Shown: one piece after another, positions 49,902 to 62,292 of the stretch
Numbering within the stretch: the stretch's first letter is position 1
Layout of the letters: every line of letters starts with the position of its first letter
Origin: Raillietiella orientalis
Taxonomy: Eukaryota
Direction: 5' to 3'
NCBI GenBank assembly: GCA_036172245.1
Contig: JAYWIR010000022.1
Location: 868,001 to 932,000, forward strand
Length of the DNA: 64,000 bases
Position numbers and translations under genes: made by a program
Notes under the pieces: generated by a model
Databases searched by the model: none
Told to the model about the DNA's origin: nothing
What the model saw: the letters and a program-made list of their open reading frames with translations, nothing else

Positions 49902-52900
49902 TCAAAACTGAAACTGCTGTTGTGATATATCAGCACTGGATTCAAAATGAAAGTTATGATCAGTAGATTCAGGAAGAATATCTTCGTCTTCTTGAAAATA
50001 GGTTTCAATAATATCTAATGCCATTTTGTATATTTCGCCATTTTCATGACCTTGCAATGCTTCAATTTCATCCAATCCTAAGAGACACTAAATCTTTCAT
50101 CTACTGCTCATACAGTTACCTTCACTCTCTTCGATTTCTTGACATATTTTATTAACTGCTGGACCAGCTACTTTCAAAATATTATTGATACCATCCAGCA
50201 CAATCTGAATGACTTGAACATCTCTGCATTTAAGCAATTGACAGAAAGGAGGTATGACACCTTCCTGAACAAGATAGGAAACTTGCTGAGGATTTCCACT
50301 AATTGTTAGGTTGCTAATAGCCCATGCTGCTTCTTTCTGTGTTTGGAATTCTCCTTTGGCTAAACACTGAAGGATCATGGGAATAAGTCCTGCATTAATC
50401 ACAGCTTGTACTTGAGCTTGATTTCCTGCTGTGATATTGCTCAAAAACCAGACAGCTTCCTAAAAAATCATGTACCTTAACGAACCATACTTTTCATCAT
50501 GCATTTTGGTATATACAAGCATCACACACTTAATACTAACTGCAGTAGTCTTTACTCAAATTGATCATACTTTACGAATTTTTTCCTTTGTATGTGAAAG
50601 CAAATTCGGAAAATGAGATAGAGCATCACAATCCAAAACGCTCTGAGTCTGCTGATCTGTACCTGTGACAATATTGCCTACTGCTCTTAATGCAGCTGTT
50701 TGCACCTAAAAAGCAAAATAAAAAAAAAAGTAAAACATAAGTATAAACAATGCATCATTGAAGCTGACTTTAAAAAGTGATGCAAAAAAAAAATTAATAG
50801 CCATCCATTTTCACTTGGTTACAATCACTCAGATGAATTCTTTCAGTCCATGCATGATGAAACACGGAATAAAAAAAACCTAAACCTATAAGAATTCCAC
50901 TTTAAGACAGGAAACACGTAGATTACTGTTTTTAGAATACAGAAAGAACAGAATACTTTCAAACTCTTAACAACAAAAGTAGGAGAATATCTTAATGCAT
51001 ACAAAACAATGATTTGGTGGGTAACTTTATGCTTTTGATTTTATATGTACATTATGACACAGAACATTATTCATAAGATCAAGAAAATATCAAATAATAC
51101 AATTCCTAACTTTCAATGTCAAAAAGCTTTGCCATTTTCAAAACAAACTAGCCAATCAAACAAACAGAAGATTAACTGTTTTTAACCGGATTAAATGATT
51201 TAAAAAAAAAAACTATCCAATGGATTGAAATTTGAAATTTAAAAGCAGAGGCTGTTGTCTCAAATGTATAGCAGAGCAATATGGGAAAATATACTTGATT
51301 TACAAGAAAAACATCAGCTCAAATTATTCATGTTGATGAAGTTCAAAGCACTGAATAAACTTCACTTTTACATGCAAAATGATTTAATTATTTGACTTCT
51401 TCTTTAATTGACAGAAAATATCACAGAAAACACAGAAATCTTATTTTAATGAATGCAAAGCAAAAACAATAATCATTCTTCATGGTCCTTCACAACAAGC
51501 ACTTGACACAATGTTTTCCTCAAAAATTTGGTCACTAAAATGCAAGAAAAGGTTTCCACTCTCAATGAAGTTTTAGAAAAATACTTTTATGCCATTATTT
51601 TCTTTCAAGTTTAGAGTTACAACACACATTATACTCCATTCAAGAATTTTGCAGGAAGTCATTCACTTGCTTCAATACGGAACAAAAGGGAACAAACTGC
51701 ATGATCACAAATGATTTGCAAAAATATGACCTTCTTGAGAATCTTCCAAGAGAAACACTTACATCACATAATGATTAGTTCATAATCATCTTGTTCAAAT
51801 AGAACGAATTCCACCCTTTGAAAGCTTTATCATATGTAAGAAGGACACCTATTGTTCCCATCAAAACTCAGTTGCTATTCCATAAGAAACCTTTGTGATT
51901 ATGGTCACTAAATAATACAATTGTGATACACAGAATGCATATTGATAATGCATTATGACAACAGCACGTAAAATCCGTAATTTTTATTACTTAAGTGGCG
52001 AATGGATAAGTTCTAAAGGTTTTCCATCTTAAAACTCCTAGCCAAAGCATTAATTTCAAAAGTTACAAACAAAAGTAATAACATTATTAGATTTCCCTGT
52101 TTAAACTAGTGATCAACTAAGCACACTTGCATAAGTGAAAGAAAAAGAATTCTTTGTGCACCAATTTTGCAGAAGACTTGGAACTACCAAATTGACTACC
52201 ACTGTAAAATTAACCATAGCATTCCCACTTTAGTGCATTAATTAATGCGATCCGCTAATCATTTAAATATCATAAAACTTAAACTGAATTGACTCACATT
52301 GATGGCATTTAAAATCTGAAATTTATCATAAATTACTCATCATGTAATTATTTTTGAATTGAAATAGTTTTGGTTTCGAAAACTCATTTTCAAATTGTAG
52401 AGAATATTCCAAGAACCGTTTTCAACTTGCACATTCACAATAGAGATGCATGTTTCCAATAGTATTCAGCCTATTGTATATGTTTGCACAAACTTCTTTC
52501 TATCTTTTTGATTTCTGCTCTGATATAAATATGATTATTTCTGAGTATAGAAAAGAAATATTCAACATTAACGATGAACTTAAAAGAATACAAAGTTATA
52601 GAAACAAAGATTAATCCAAAATTAAGGACCATATGTAATGCACATCTTTTGTTAAACAACATATAATAATTAATTTTTCTGAATTCCACATAAATTATCA
52701 TGTTAATTCTTGATAGAAGAAGCATTCTTTGGGGTCACATATTTACATCCTGAGGAAGCGAAAGATCATCAAAAAAGAATTTCATCTCAAAGTCACAACT
52801 TTGAATATTCTTGATGAAAATATCTGCATTTATAATAATAAATATTTATTTATAATAAAAAATAGAAAAATCGTTCAACCTTAATTTTCATTTGTGTTAC

Positions 52901-54975
52901 TTATGAATGCTTTGGTATTTACTTTTCATTTATGTAGAACATCATCACATCAAGAATTGATTTCATTTAAAAAATGTTCTTGGAGTACTGTATAGAGAGA
53001 TAAATTAATGCAATCATACAATCAGTGCATTAATGTATGGGTGTGTATCTCTGAGTCATTTTGCAAACTAATCAAAAGAATTTTTTTGAAATTAAACCTC
53101 AGATCCCATGCAAGGCTGATCAAAGATGCAGTCTGCTCCAGTTTTCATTCACGAAATCTACTCCTAAATAACATTAGGAACTTTACTTTCAAGTACCCCA
53201 TTATGTCTTCCAATCTTTATTTCATGACATAATGAACAAAAATAATTCCCGATTCTAATCGCTAATTCCTTAAAGTTACTTTCAGACGAAAAAAAAATTT
53301 ACGATATTCGGAAATTTGGAACAAACCATCAGATAAAACTCACATTATTCTAATATTCTGAACACTGTATTAATTTTAATTCCTTTGGAAATTTCCATTA
53401 ATTGATTTCTGTTTTAAACTTTTGTGAAATTTTCAATCCTTTGATCAATTATCTTCACTTTATTAGCACTTTAATTACATGAAAGAGTTCAACTGCCACA
53501 AGATGTTTCCTTATTTTTCACATAATTTCAAAAGCATGCTAAGTCTTGCAAGTTTAACAGCATTTAGTTTATTAGAGACTCTTAAAGCTGGTAGCTGCTA
53601 GAAAAGCTTATTTGCTTTGATTTGTTGGATAAGCAACACAAACTTCGACAAGATCTAATTCTTCATTATTAAAGAAAGCATTGAGTGACTAATAATTATT
53701 TTTGAATGAATCTTTTTGCAATAATAAAAAAAGATTATCGCTAAGACATATGTTGAAAACAGGCAACATGAAATTTAACTTAGCAGGGTCTGAAAATAGA
53801 AATTTAACTGACCTTAACATCTGAATGAGAAAGTAATGGAACTAATCTCCGTACAAATCTGTTGTCTATGACTAATTGAATCTGTTCATTGCCAACATCA
53901 GTTAAGTAACTAATGGCCCACAAAGTATCCACTAGAATCTAAAAGCAAGCAATTTACATTGTAATACAGAAACCAAATTACAGTTTTATGACCCAGACTT
54001 ACATTTGTATCTGTATGAGTGATTAGAGTTTTCAGAGCTGGAAGAATATCTTTAATAGTAGCAGCAGGAGGAGGGGGTTCTTTATTTCTACATAAATTTA
54101 CAATAACCCAAGTAACATTTCTCAAAAAGCTAATTGGAATATCTGGCTTAATGAATCCTAATAATGGTGGTACTATTCCTAAATTAATAACCAAATCTCT
54201 TAAATTTGGCCCATCTCCAATGATGTTTCCTGATTCAAAACAGTTAACATAACATTTTGTTTTCAATTATGTTTCTACCTAACGCCCAAACTGCTTGCTC
54301 ACATACATTCTGATGAGGAGAATATAAAAGGTTTAGAAAACAAGGCACAGCTCCAACTGACACAACTGCCTGTGTTTGCTGTGAAGTACCGCTCGCGATA
54401 TTTGTAAGTGCCCATGCAGCTTCAAATTGCAATGATGGACTATTATGGAAAATTGAGCAAAAAATGTTCTACTAAAGACATTTGAATAAATAAGTGTACA
54501 CTTACTTTTCAGTTCTCTTCAAACAATCAACTAAAATTGGCAAAATTCCACTGTTAATCAAGTCATCTATTGGAGGATTCCTATCAGAAGATAGAAGTTT
54601 CCGAGCAGCTTGCACCGCCTCTAATTGGATTGCAGGATCAGGACTGGTAGCATTGCAAACAATGGTTTGTAAATTCATGGTACTAAATGCAGCAGCTGAA
54701 TCTTCCTCATCTTCTATAACAAACTTATTTCAAGTTTCTAAACAATTTTTTTTGCAACCTGTAGAATCGACTAATGGAACATTGCGCTTTTTCAGAAAAG
54801 TTTCTTCCCGCTTGTTCTTACGTAATTCCACCGTAAACTCATTTCTTCTCCTACGCATCTCCTATTTAGTTATTTTTTAAGAAAAATTAAATACAAAACA
54901 CAAACTGCGACTTACATCTTGGTCTTTCCCTTTATTTTTGAATGTGTTAAGTCGAGTTCGACTTTCTGTTGCCAT
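49902..54975 (-). CDS. Kap-alpha3: Importin subunit alpha-3 (karyopherin alpha3, KPNA3/4 class), 9 exons, 511 aa
   Basis: Exons 54975-54916, 54861-54759, 54713-54506, 54439-54279, 54229-54003, 53938-53813, 50705-50571, 50459-50120 and 50077-49902 (1536 nt), all GT-AG. IBB domain ([26 protein letters not shown]...KKRNV), [33 protein letters not shown], alpha3-type [47 protein letters not shown]. Confidence 0.97.
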
Positions 54976-56586
54976 TGGTATACGTGAGTTCTAACTACTG
55001 AGCTAAAACAATTTTTCAAATGGCTGTTTTGAGATTCATATACAAAATAAATAAATTTTTCCTACTGATTTATACACCTGACATACTAAATTTCAACAAC
55101 TTTCTACCAAACATTCGATAGGCAGTTGGAGTTTGGCTTCGAAACTTTAACACGAACACCATTCAAAACTTCAGTTTGGCTATTACTAGCTAAATTTTTT
55201 GCTTGCTCGTCTTGCTTTCCAAGAATATCTTTACGCAATGCTTTCAATTTCAAAGCAAGATTCAATGATGGAAAGGTTTCGTCGTTTCCACGTATCAAGA
55301 TCGCGTATTTACGAAAAAACAAAAAAGAAAACAAGATATAAAGTCAAAATCCATCGAAATGATATGTCTACATATTGAAATAAGCACAATTCAATGCCAT
55401 GCACAACTGACCATAAAACAAAACCATTTAATGACAAACTATGTTAATAAATATCTGACATAGAACTTAATCTGCAGAAAGTTAAAATACAAATACTACT
55501 TAAAGGAGCACAAGGGAACCAACCCTTTAAACCCATCTGCTGTCACATTCAACCTAACATTTCAAACTCGAAAAAGGAAATAAAAAAACAGACACTCATC
55601 CAAGACTTCACACTGCTTACACTAAAAAGTTCAGCCAGCCTCACGTACAATACCTTTAAAGGAACACCACATAAGTACAAGATTCCCAAATCATTTAAAA
55701 AACAGTCACCAAAATTAAAATTGGAAAGCAAAATTCTCAATAGATGCCACATATTTTAAAAACTTTCATGACAAAACCAATGAATGTACGAATATTAAAA
55801 AATTATAATGAATCCGAATCTGAGAAAATTAATTCTAACCTATATTCAAATTCAGATAGATTTATTATTACTGGCTGGCAAATCGGTCATAGGATGGTCT
55901 TAATTTCCAACACACAATACCACGCCATAATTTTATATCACACATATGTCACAAATCCATTACAATACAACGCACCTCACCTCCGTGCACACTAGTTTAT
56001 TTTTAAAGTTTCCAAGTGTACTATTTTTTTAATGAAATCACCGGTCTAAACTTATTACGACTTTAGTTAAAGGGAAAAACTTCCTCAAATGAAATGTTCA
56101 CAGGCTTAGGGCATACATTCTCAAAATTTAAAAATTTCCTAACACAACTGGAATCCGTAAATGATATTTATACATGAATGCGATCAAACTACTTTTGTTT
56201 CCTGCTACATAGGAAACATAAGAGTTAATAGATGAACCTTATTTACTTTTATTTTTTATCCCCTTTTTGCTTATAATAATTAGCTGAGCTAAGGTTTTTT
56301 TTAGAGTTATGTTAACTAAATAATTACTTTTTCCTTGATTTCTACGAATCTTTTCTACGATTCTGATCAATAAATCTTTATAAAGATGAATTTTATACTA
56401 AGGACGAACACTCTAACAATTCATCATTCGAAATAACTGATATATTACACGGGCACTTGTGGATAGATAAATGGAACTCTTCCAAGGGCAAGCAGTTGGT
56501 AATAAGCAGAGTTTGGGCTACAAAAAAAAGATCATGTAAATATTGATGGTTCATCACGTTTTAATTTTTTGATAATACCATGTTTC

Positions 56587-56610
56587 GAGAGAGAGAGAGA
56601 GAGAGAGAGA
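56587..56610. repeat. (GA)12 microsatellite
   Basis: Direct reading of the sequence. Confidence 0.95.
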
Positions 56611-59600
56611 AAGACAAAGGAAAGCCAACTGTTTCGGTTGAAGTGAAGACAGGGCTTATTTGCAGGTGCAGGTGCATGGCCTTTAACTGAACTGGGGTCT
56701 TTAATACAAGCATGGACCAGTAGACGAGTAGATGAGCATTTGTATTCATGTCGGGCACGTGAAATGCCAGTTTTCTGCTATTAGATGAATTCGAAAAATT
56801 TCTATCATCATCATCATCGATAAGAAATCGGGATGAGAATCGATCGATTTCTCATAAGAATGATCCTACAAATGATTTGTTGTGTCTGAACTAATTAAGC
56901 AAAACATAAGGAAATTCGATAGAACTATAGCAATCAACTTATTTGATCAAATAATGTTTCATGAAAAAATGCTTTACATTAGCGTGTTACATGAATAAGG
57001 ATCACCTGCCAGGTTGAGTGCAGTCCTCGATACCACGATATTTCCTTTCTTTTTCCTAACACAGGTCATATGTCATATTTTTAAAAATACAGTAACTGAA
57101 TTTGTTTCAATTTTTTTTTTTTTTGAACAAAATTTCTCTCCTCTTAGTTGTTTTTATCCGGTCCTAGTGAAACCCTTCTTTATGGAACCCTCAAATATTA
57201 ATTTTTTAGAAGTTTTGAGATGCTAATCAGTTTTTCTAATTTTCACATAAGGAAAGCTGAAATCGGAGTTATCAACAGTTTTACAATTGTGCATCGCAAA
57301 CTCTTAAGATCTTTCAAGCATCATACAAAAAAACACTGAACGCGAAAGTCTAATTATATGGCAACCACTTCACTACTATGACCTTCAAAGTATTTTCTTT
57401 AATGGAAAATAAACATTACACTGGGTAATAGTAATTTCTCAATAAAACTGACTCATTTACTCTTGAAGTAAAGAAACGAGCCAAAAGTTGTTACATTACA
57501 GTAGAAACCACAAAAACTTATAGCTAGTATTTTTATAATGTTTCGATGACGAAATTATAATCCTTTCCCAAAACGAAATATCGAAAGAACAATGTGCAAA
57601 AACGGAAATAAAGTGAAATCCACAAAATGACACATAAATAAACGTCTTGGATTTCTTACATGAACATTTTTTGCATGTCTGCAACACTTTGTTATCTGCC
57701 ATTTTGCATATTCTCAGAGTTCTCAGTCATTGCTGAGAATGTTAGAATTCGAAGTCTTCATGCCAATATTTAACAAAGTATTTAGGGTTTTTTTGTCTTC
57801 AAATCCTATTTTAATACGTGCACCTTAATTTTAACTATGATTTAGGAGTTCCTTATGGAGTTATATTCGAAGAATAGTATAAAATCTTTTGGAAATCTCG
57901 AGAAAAGGAATTTTTCGATATACCAAAAACCGCTAAGTCGCTTCATAAAAAGCTTCACTTCTGGAAAAGAGGGAATAGTAATAATTTTGAATCTTATTAT
58001 AAGGAAGAATATGTATAATTATTTCATTTGCAATGATTATTGTGTCTTTTAATGATTACATCATCTAAGTCAAGTTTATGAAACAAGATCTGTGCGATTT
58101 GTTTACGATTAGATCCTACCACTTGCTTTTTTTATCTTTTTGCATAAATTGTTTTTAAAAGATTCATGTTTCACACATATGTTTTATAATTTTCATGTAA
58201 TATTTGTAAGTAAATAGTCCGCAGCAGCAAAAAGAATGACAATTACCTGATTGGGGTATAACATGAAAAAAAAAAAAAAAGTTGAGTGATATACCTTTTG
58301 AAATCCGTAATTTCAGTCAAGTAGAGATCTAATGTAGAAAAAGGAAACATGGGAGGACTTTTTGAGCATGATTATTTTCCTAGGCTTCTCAAGACGAAAT
58401 AGACAAGGTGAAATTTCTGTTAGTAGATAATAACATATGGTCTGAGAGTTAGTATACTGGAAAACACCTCCCTGTACTGGAAACGTAATTCATGGAAGAC
58501 TTAAGGATCTACTTCAAAACTGATTTATCGTGCAATTCAATGGTTTTTTCGTTAAAAAACCCCCTCTTATTCTGACCCAAAGAAATACATGAGAAAACAG
58601 ATGAGTACATAATTTTTTTCAGGGAATCTTTTTGGGTATTTTTTTGAGCATTCTTTCGAGCATGTTTTAGTACTAAAGAATGGAGAAATTTTTAAATAAT
58701 ATGGTTTTCCTATCTCCACACTTTCTAAACTTTAATAATGAAGTGTGGTTTCTATCTATTTAGGTACATATCCAGAAGGTTCCACTATTTAAACGTATGA
58801 GATATACAGTAAAATATCAAATGATAGGACACTGAATCCAAGCTTATGTACTTCACAACTCAAAAAGAGGTAAAATCGACGGAAACGAGAATTTTTCTCT
58901 CTTTGTGTTATGAGTAAAATTTAATTAAAATTCCATCATTGAATACGAAGGAGCATTTTTCTGATGAACGATGAAACGGGAAACAGAAGAAAAGCAAGAT
59001 TATCAGTCCCCTGAAACAGTTTGAAATGAGAAGATATCTTCATTTTCTGTATTTCCGAATATCCAAGTAATTAATATTCATCTGTTCAAAGGTTTTCTGT
59101 CGTTGAATTTATCAAAATCACTGCTACCTCTGAACAACGTTTCAGGAAACAGAGATACCAATAGGTACAGATAACTGATTTTCTCCTCACAAGCAGTCTT
59201 TCAATAAATGCGTTTTATGATTTAATTTAGAAAATCACTACTAATAGCTCAGTCGAAAAGACATGTCGAAGGATTTGCTTTCTTTACAGAAAATCCACAT
59301 ATGTGTATGTACTGGAAGTATGTGAATATGAATTTGTCATAGGTAGTTCTTTCGATTTATGAGTAACACCATCAGATTTTTTTTTTATTTTCAAAATGAT
59401 AATACATTTGGCCATAAGCTTACCACATAAAACGAAAGTCATAATAAAATTTATAGTTATACCTCATTGAGGCTTATTGGGTTCCAAGGAAGGCTGCCAC
59501 ACTCTAAGAAACTCAAAGAAAAGAGAAGGCAGTGATTCTTAGCTACTGCTTCTCAGATACTCTCAAGCTAAAAAGGCGAGCGATCGTCCTTGCATAACCT

Positions 59601-60149
59601 AGTTTTTGTGAAATCTCCTTTATTTTTCAGGAAGTAGATAGCGGAAAAGGCACTCATATGGTAATGCAAGCATCTGAAGAGGTAAGGTTCCAGAATGTCA
59701 TACTAATGATGCAAAAATCTAAAAAAAGTTAACATTAAGAAACAATTATTCCATTTTTGATGCAAAAAGGCGATCCAACAATCTCAGAGTATAATTTCCC
59801 TATTGCTTCTCGCTGTTACGATCTATTATCCAAGGTTGCACTTCAACGCTAGCTCCTGAACAAAGACTGTTGAGTAATAGTTTCCCTTAGACCAAAACGG
59901 GACATGAAAAGGGGCTTGCCACAGATTCACTAACTAAACCGACAGACATGTAAATATCTGTCCATGATATTACCGGAGATGAAGGACTTGAACTGAACCT
60001 AGGAAACAGGAAGAAGCAAGCCCCTTGACTGCTTTGAAAAAATGGTTTGTAGCAGCACATATAGCATAAATATCTGCAGCACGGAAGTGTCAGGAATTCA
60101 TTGTCTGCACATTCCAATTGCACCCATTTTATTCGACTATGTGGTGGAA

Positions 60150-60600
60150 CCTAACTTAATAGCCTTCCACAGCCTCATATGCTGTGAGCATCATGTAATC
60201 TTAACTTTGGTGCCGTTCCACACACGTTTAAAAAATATTCCATGCAATGGCGGAAACTTAGAACACGAGTATAGAAGAATCAAAACCATCGAAAGCTCCC
60301 TGAGATCTGCATCTACTTCAAAGGAAAATCCCACGTTAGTTGCACATTTCGTAGAAGAATTTGTGATGTCATTTCAAAAAACATTCTTCTCGAAATTAGC
60401 CTTTCTCGCGGCGTCCATCGCAAAAGTTTGAGGTTTATCAAGCCAGCCGCCCATTCGCTTCCAAAGTTTCTTGGTGGTTCAGAACAGGAGTTGCCCTGGC
60501 TTAGGAGTCAAGCCGGCAGCGCTTTTTGTCACATAAGAATTAATCTGATGTCTAGATATCACCCTTAATCGGATAACGGACCTTCTGACACTGCCACCAA
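60150..60600 (-). mobile_element. Possible pogo/Tigger (Tc1-mariner superfamily) transposase remnant
   Basis: LEAN/GWLDK (~60450, FxASxGWLxKF-like) followed by CSKFPPLHGIFFKR (~60250, GxKLPPxxIFKR-like). Frameshifted and weak. Confidence 0.3.
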
Positions 60601-61710
60601 GTCAGCTGATGTTCCTCATGATGTAGAAAAGATGACAGATTGCATTTTCTTTGATGCACTGGGGTGCAGACGCCTTTCAGGGTTCATATGTATCCAAGAA
60701 ATCATCTGAACTTTCTCGATAGAGATGGGAGTTTCCGTCTATCAGCATTCTTCTTCACAAGCTTCCCCCGAAGTACGGAAACCAGGAGAAATCTCAAGCA
60801 GCGTGGTCTTTCTTGGGAACATCCGCCAACTCATTCCCAGATTGGTGCATCCTAGAGCAAGGAAAGAGGAAACATTGCTACAGAATCTGCTTTTTCATCT
60901 TTCGTGCTGACGTTCCATTTTTACTAAAGGAGGTTTACGACCGTGAACTGTAAAATTCTGGCTAGCATGATGATTAGAAAACTGATGCCCCATAGTAAGT
61001 AAATTGCCTAAATGCTTCGAATAGTTAGAGATGGTTTTGTAATGCAGTTATACTGCTGTGTTTGTTGCAACGAACAATCAGCATCCGATAAGGAAGAGAG
61101 ACGTTCACTGTTATTGCTTTCTCATCATGGTGAGGCACCAAATCTGGTTGCAGTTTAGAATGTGTTCCTAGGATGGATTGATCCAGATTTCACTCTTCTT
61201 GTATAGCCCTTCTTGATCTGCGGGATAGCTTCTTTCCCCTCGATGATAACTTTCTCGTCTCGGATGCAGTGGCTCTCATACGAAACTGCTTCTGCATATG
61301 CGGTCGGTGCTATCCCTGATTGGCGCTCCTCGCACAGATATTAAATTGAGTTTTAGGCGTGAATGATTTTGCACTCGAAGAACCCTGAATTTCAATCGAT
61401 GAACAGGGAATGTTCCAAAGAGTGATGCTATCCTATGCAGAGCATGTGGATGTCTTCTCCTGGTCCAGATGCTTTATAATGAAGGAAGCGATGCTGTTTT
61501 GATCTGGATTCTGAGCAGACTTGAGGTGATTTTCTTCATGTGCCTGTCTAAACTTGCATCGTCAACGGTAACCTCAGCTCACTTTCCTCGTAGATCCCTC
61601 CGATCATAATTCTGGCTGACTCTTTGTTTCCTCTGTACAAATGCTTCTGACGTCCTTGCAGGGTGAACTGAATTCTTCCTCTCCGAATTCTGCTAAATCC
61701 TCATCCTCAT

Positions 61711-62292
61711 TCACTTACATGCGTATACATCCTTTATATCCATCACACGTACAGCACTGTCATAATTTTCACCTCCTGCAGCTTCCACCTCTAAGACTGA
61801 GCATCTCGTATCTCTCTGAAACTGATCAAGGACTTCCTCAAAACCTACAAACCCCTCTTCGACCTCATCCTCAGAATTTGCATAGTACAAGATGATCAAC
61901 TGACTGCAGTATGACACTTCGGAATCGACACTTTGTTGAAAAACTTTGGAGGCGGTAGCTTCAGACCACACAGAGTTGAGGATTGTCTTTCTAACAAGGC
62001 ATACAGGTTCTTCACACACAGTGAAAGAATGGTATGGAAATGCCAGTAGCATATCTCCCCTGTTTTTTACCATATGTGTTAAGGTGAAAGGATCAAACAT
62101 ACCAAAGAGTTCTAAAACACCAAGGAAATTGCCATATTCGGGCAATTCAGGTTTCATTTTTCCCTTCTGACAGCAACAGAATATGACATCATCTTGCTTA
62201 AAAGATATCCTTAAGCATTTATCATTCGCCATCAGTCTCATTTCTGATTGCTGCTTTCTGATTTGACTTTTCATGAACTTCACATGCATCAT
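61711..62292 (-). mobile_element. hAT-superfamily transposase remnant (ZMYM1/THAP12-like, DUF4371 region)
   Basis: 193-aa ORF with GNFLGVLELFGMFDPFTLTH, SKVFQQSVDS...QLIILYYAN..VEEGFVGF and GENYDSA, matching GNFLxxLELLxxFDxxLxxH, KYFSIxxDxTxD...QLxxxxRYV...ERFLxF and GQxYDNA. Internally deleted. Flanking parts, possibly up to ~63830, are decayed and no TIRs were recognised. Confidence 0.8.

Noticed and set aside
55104..55334. 76-aa minus-strand ORF just upstream of importin
   Set aside because: No ATG or splice acceptor and no homology. It lies in the probable promoter/5'UTR region.
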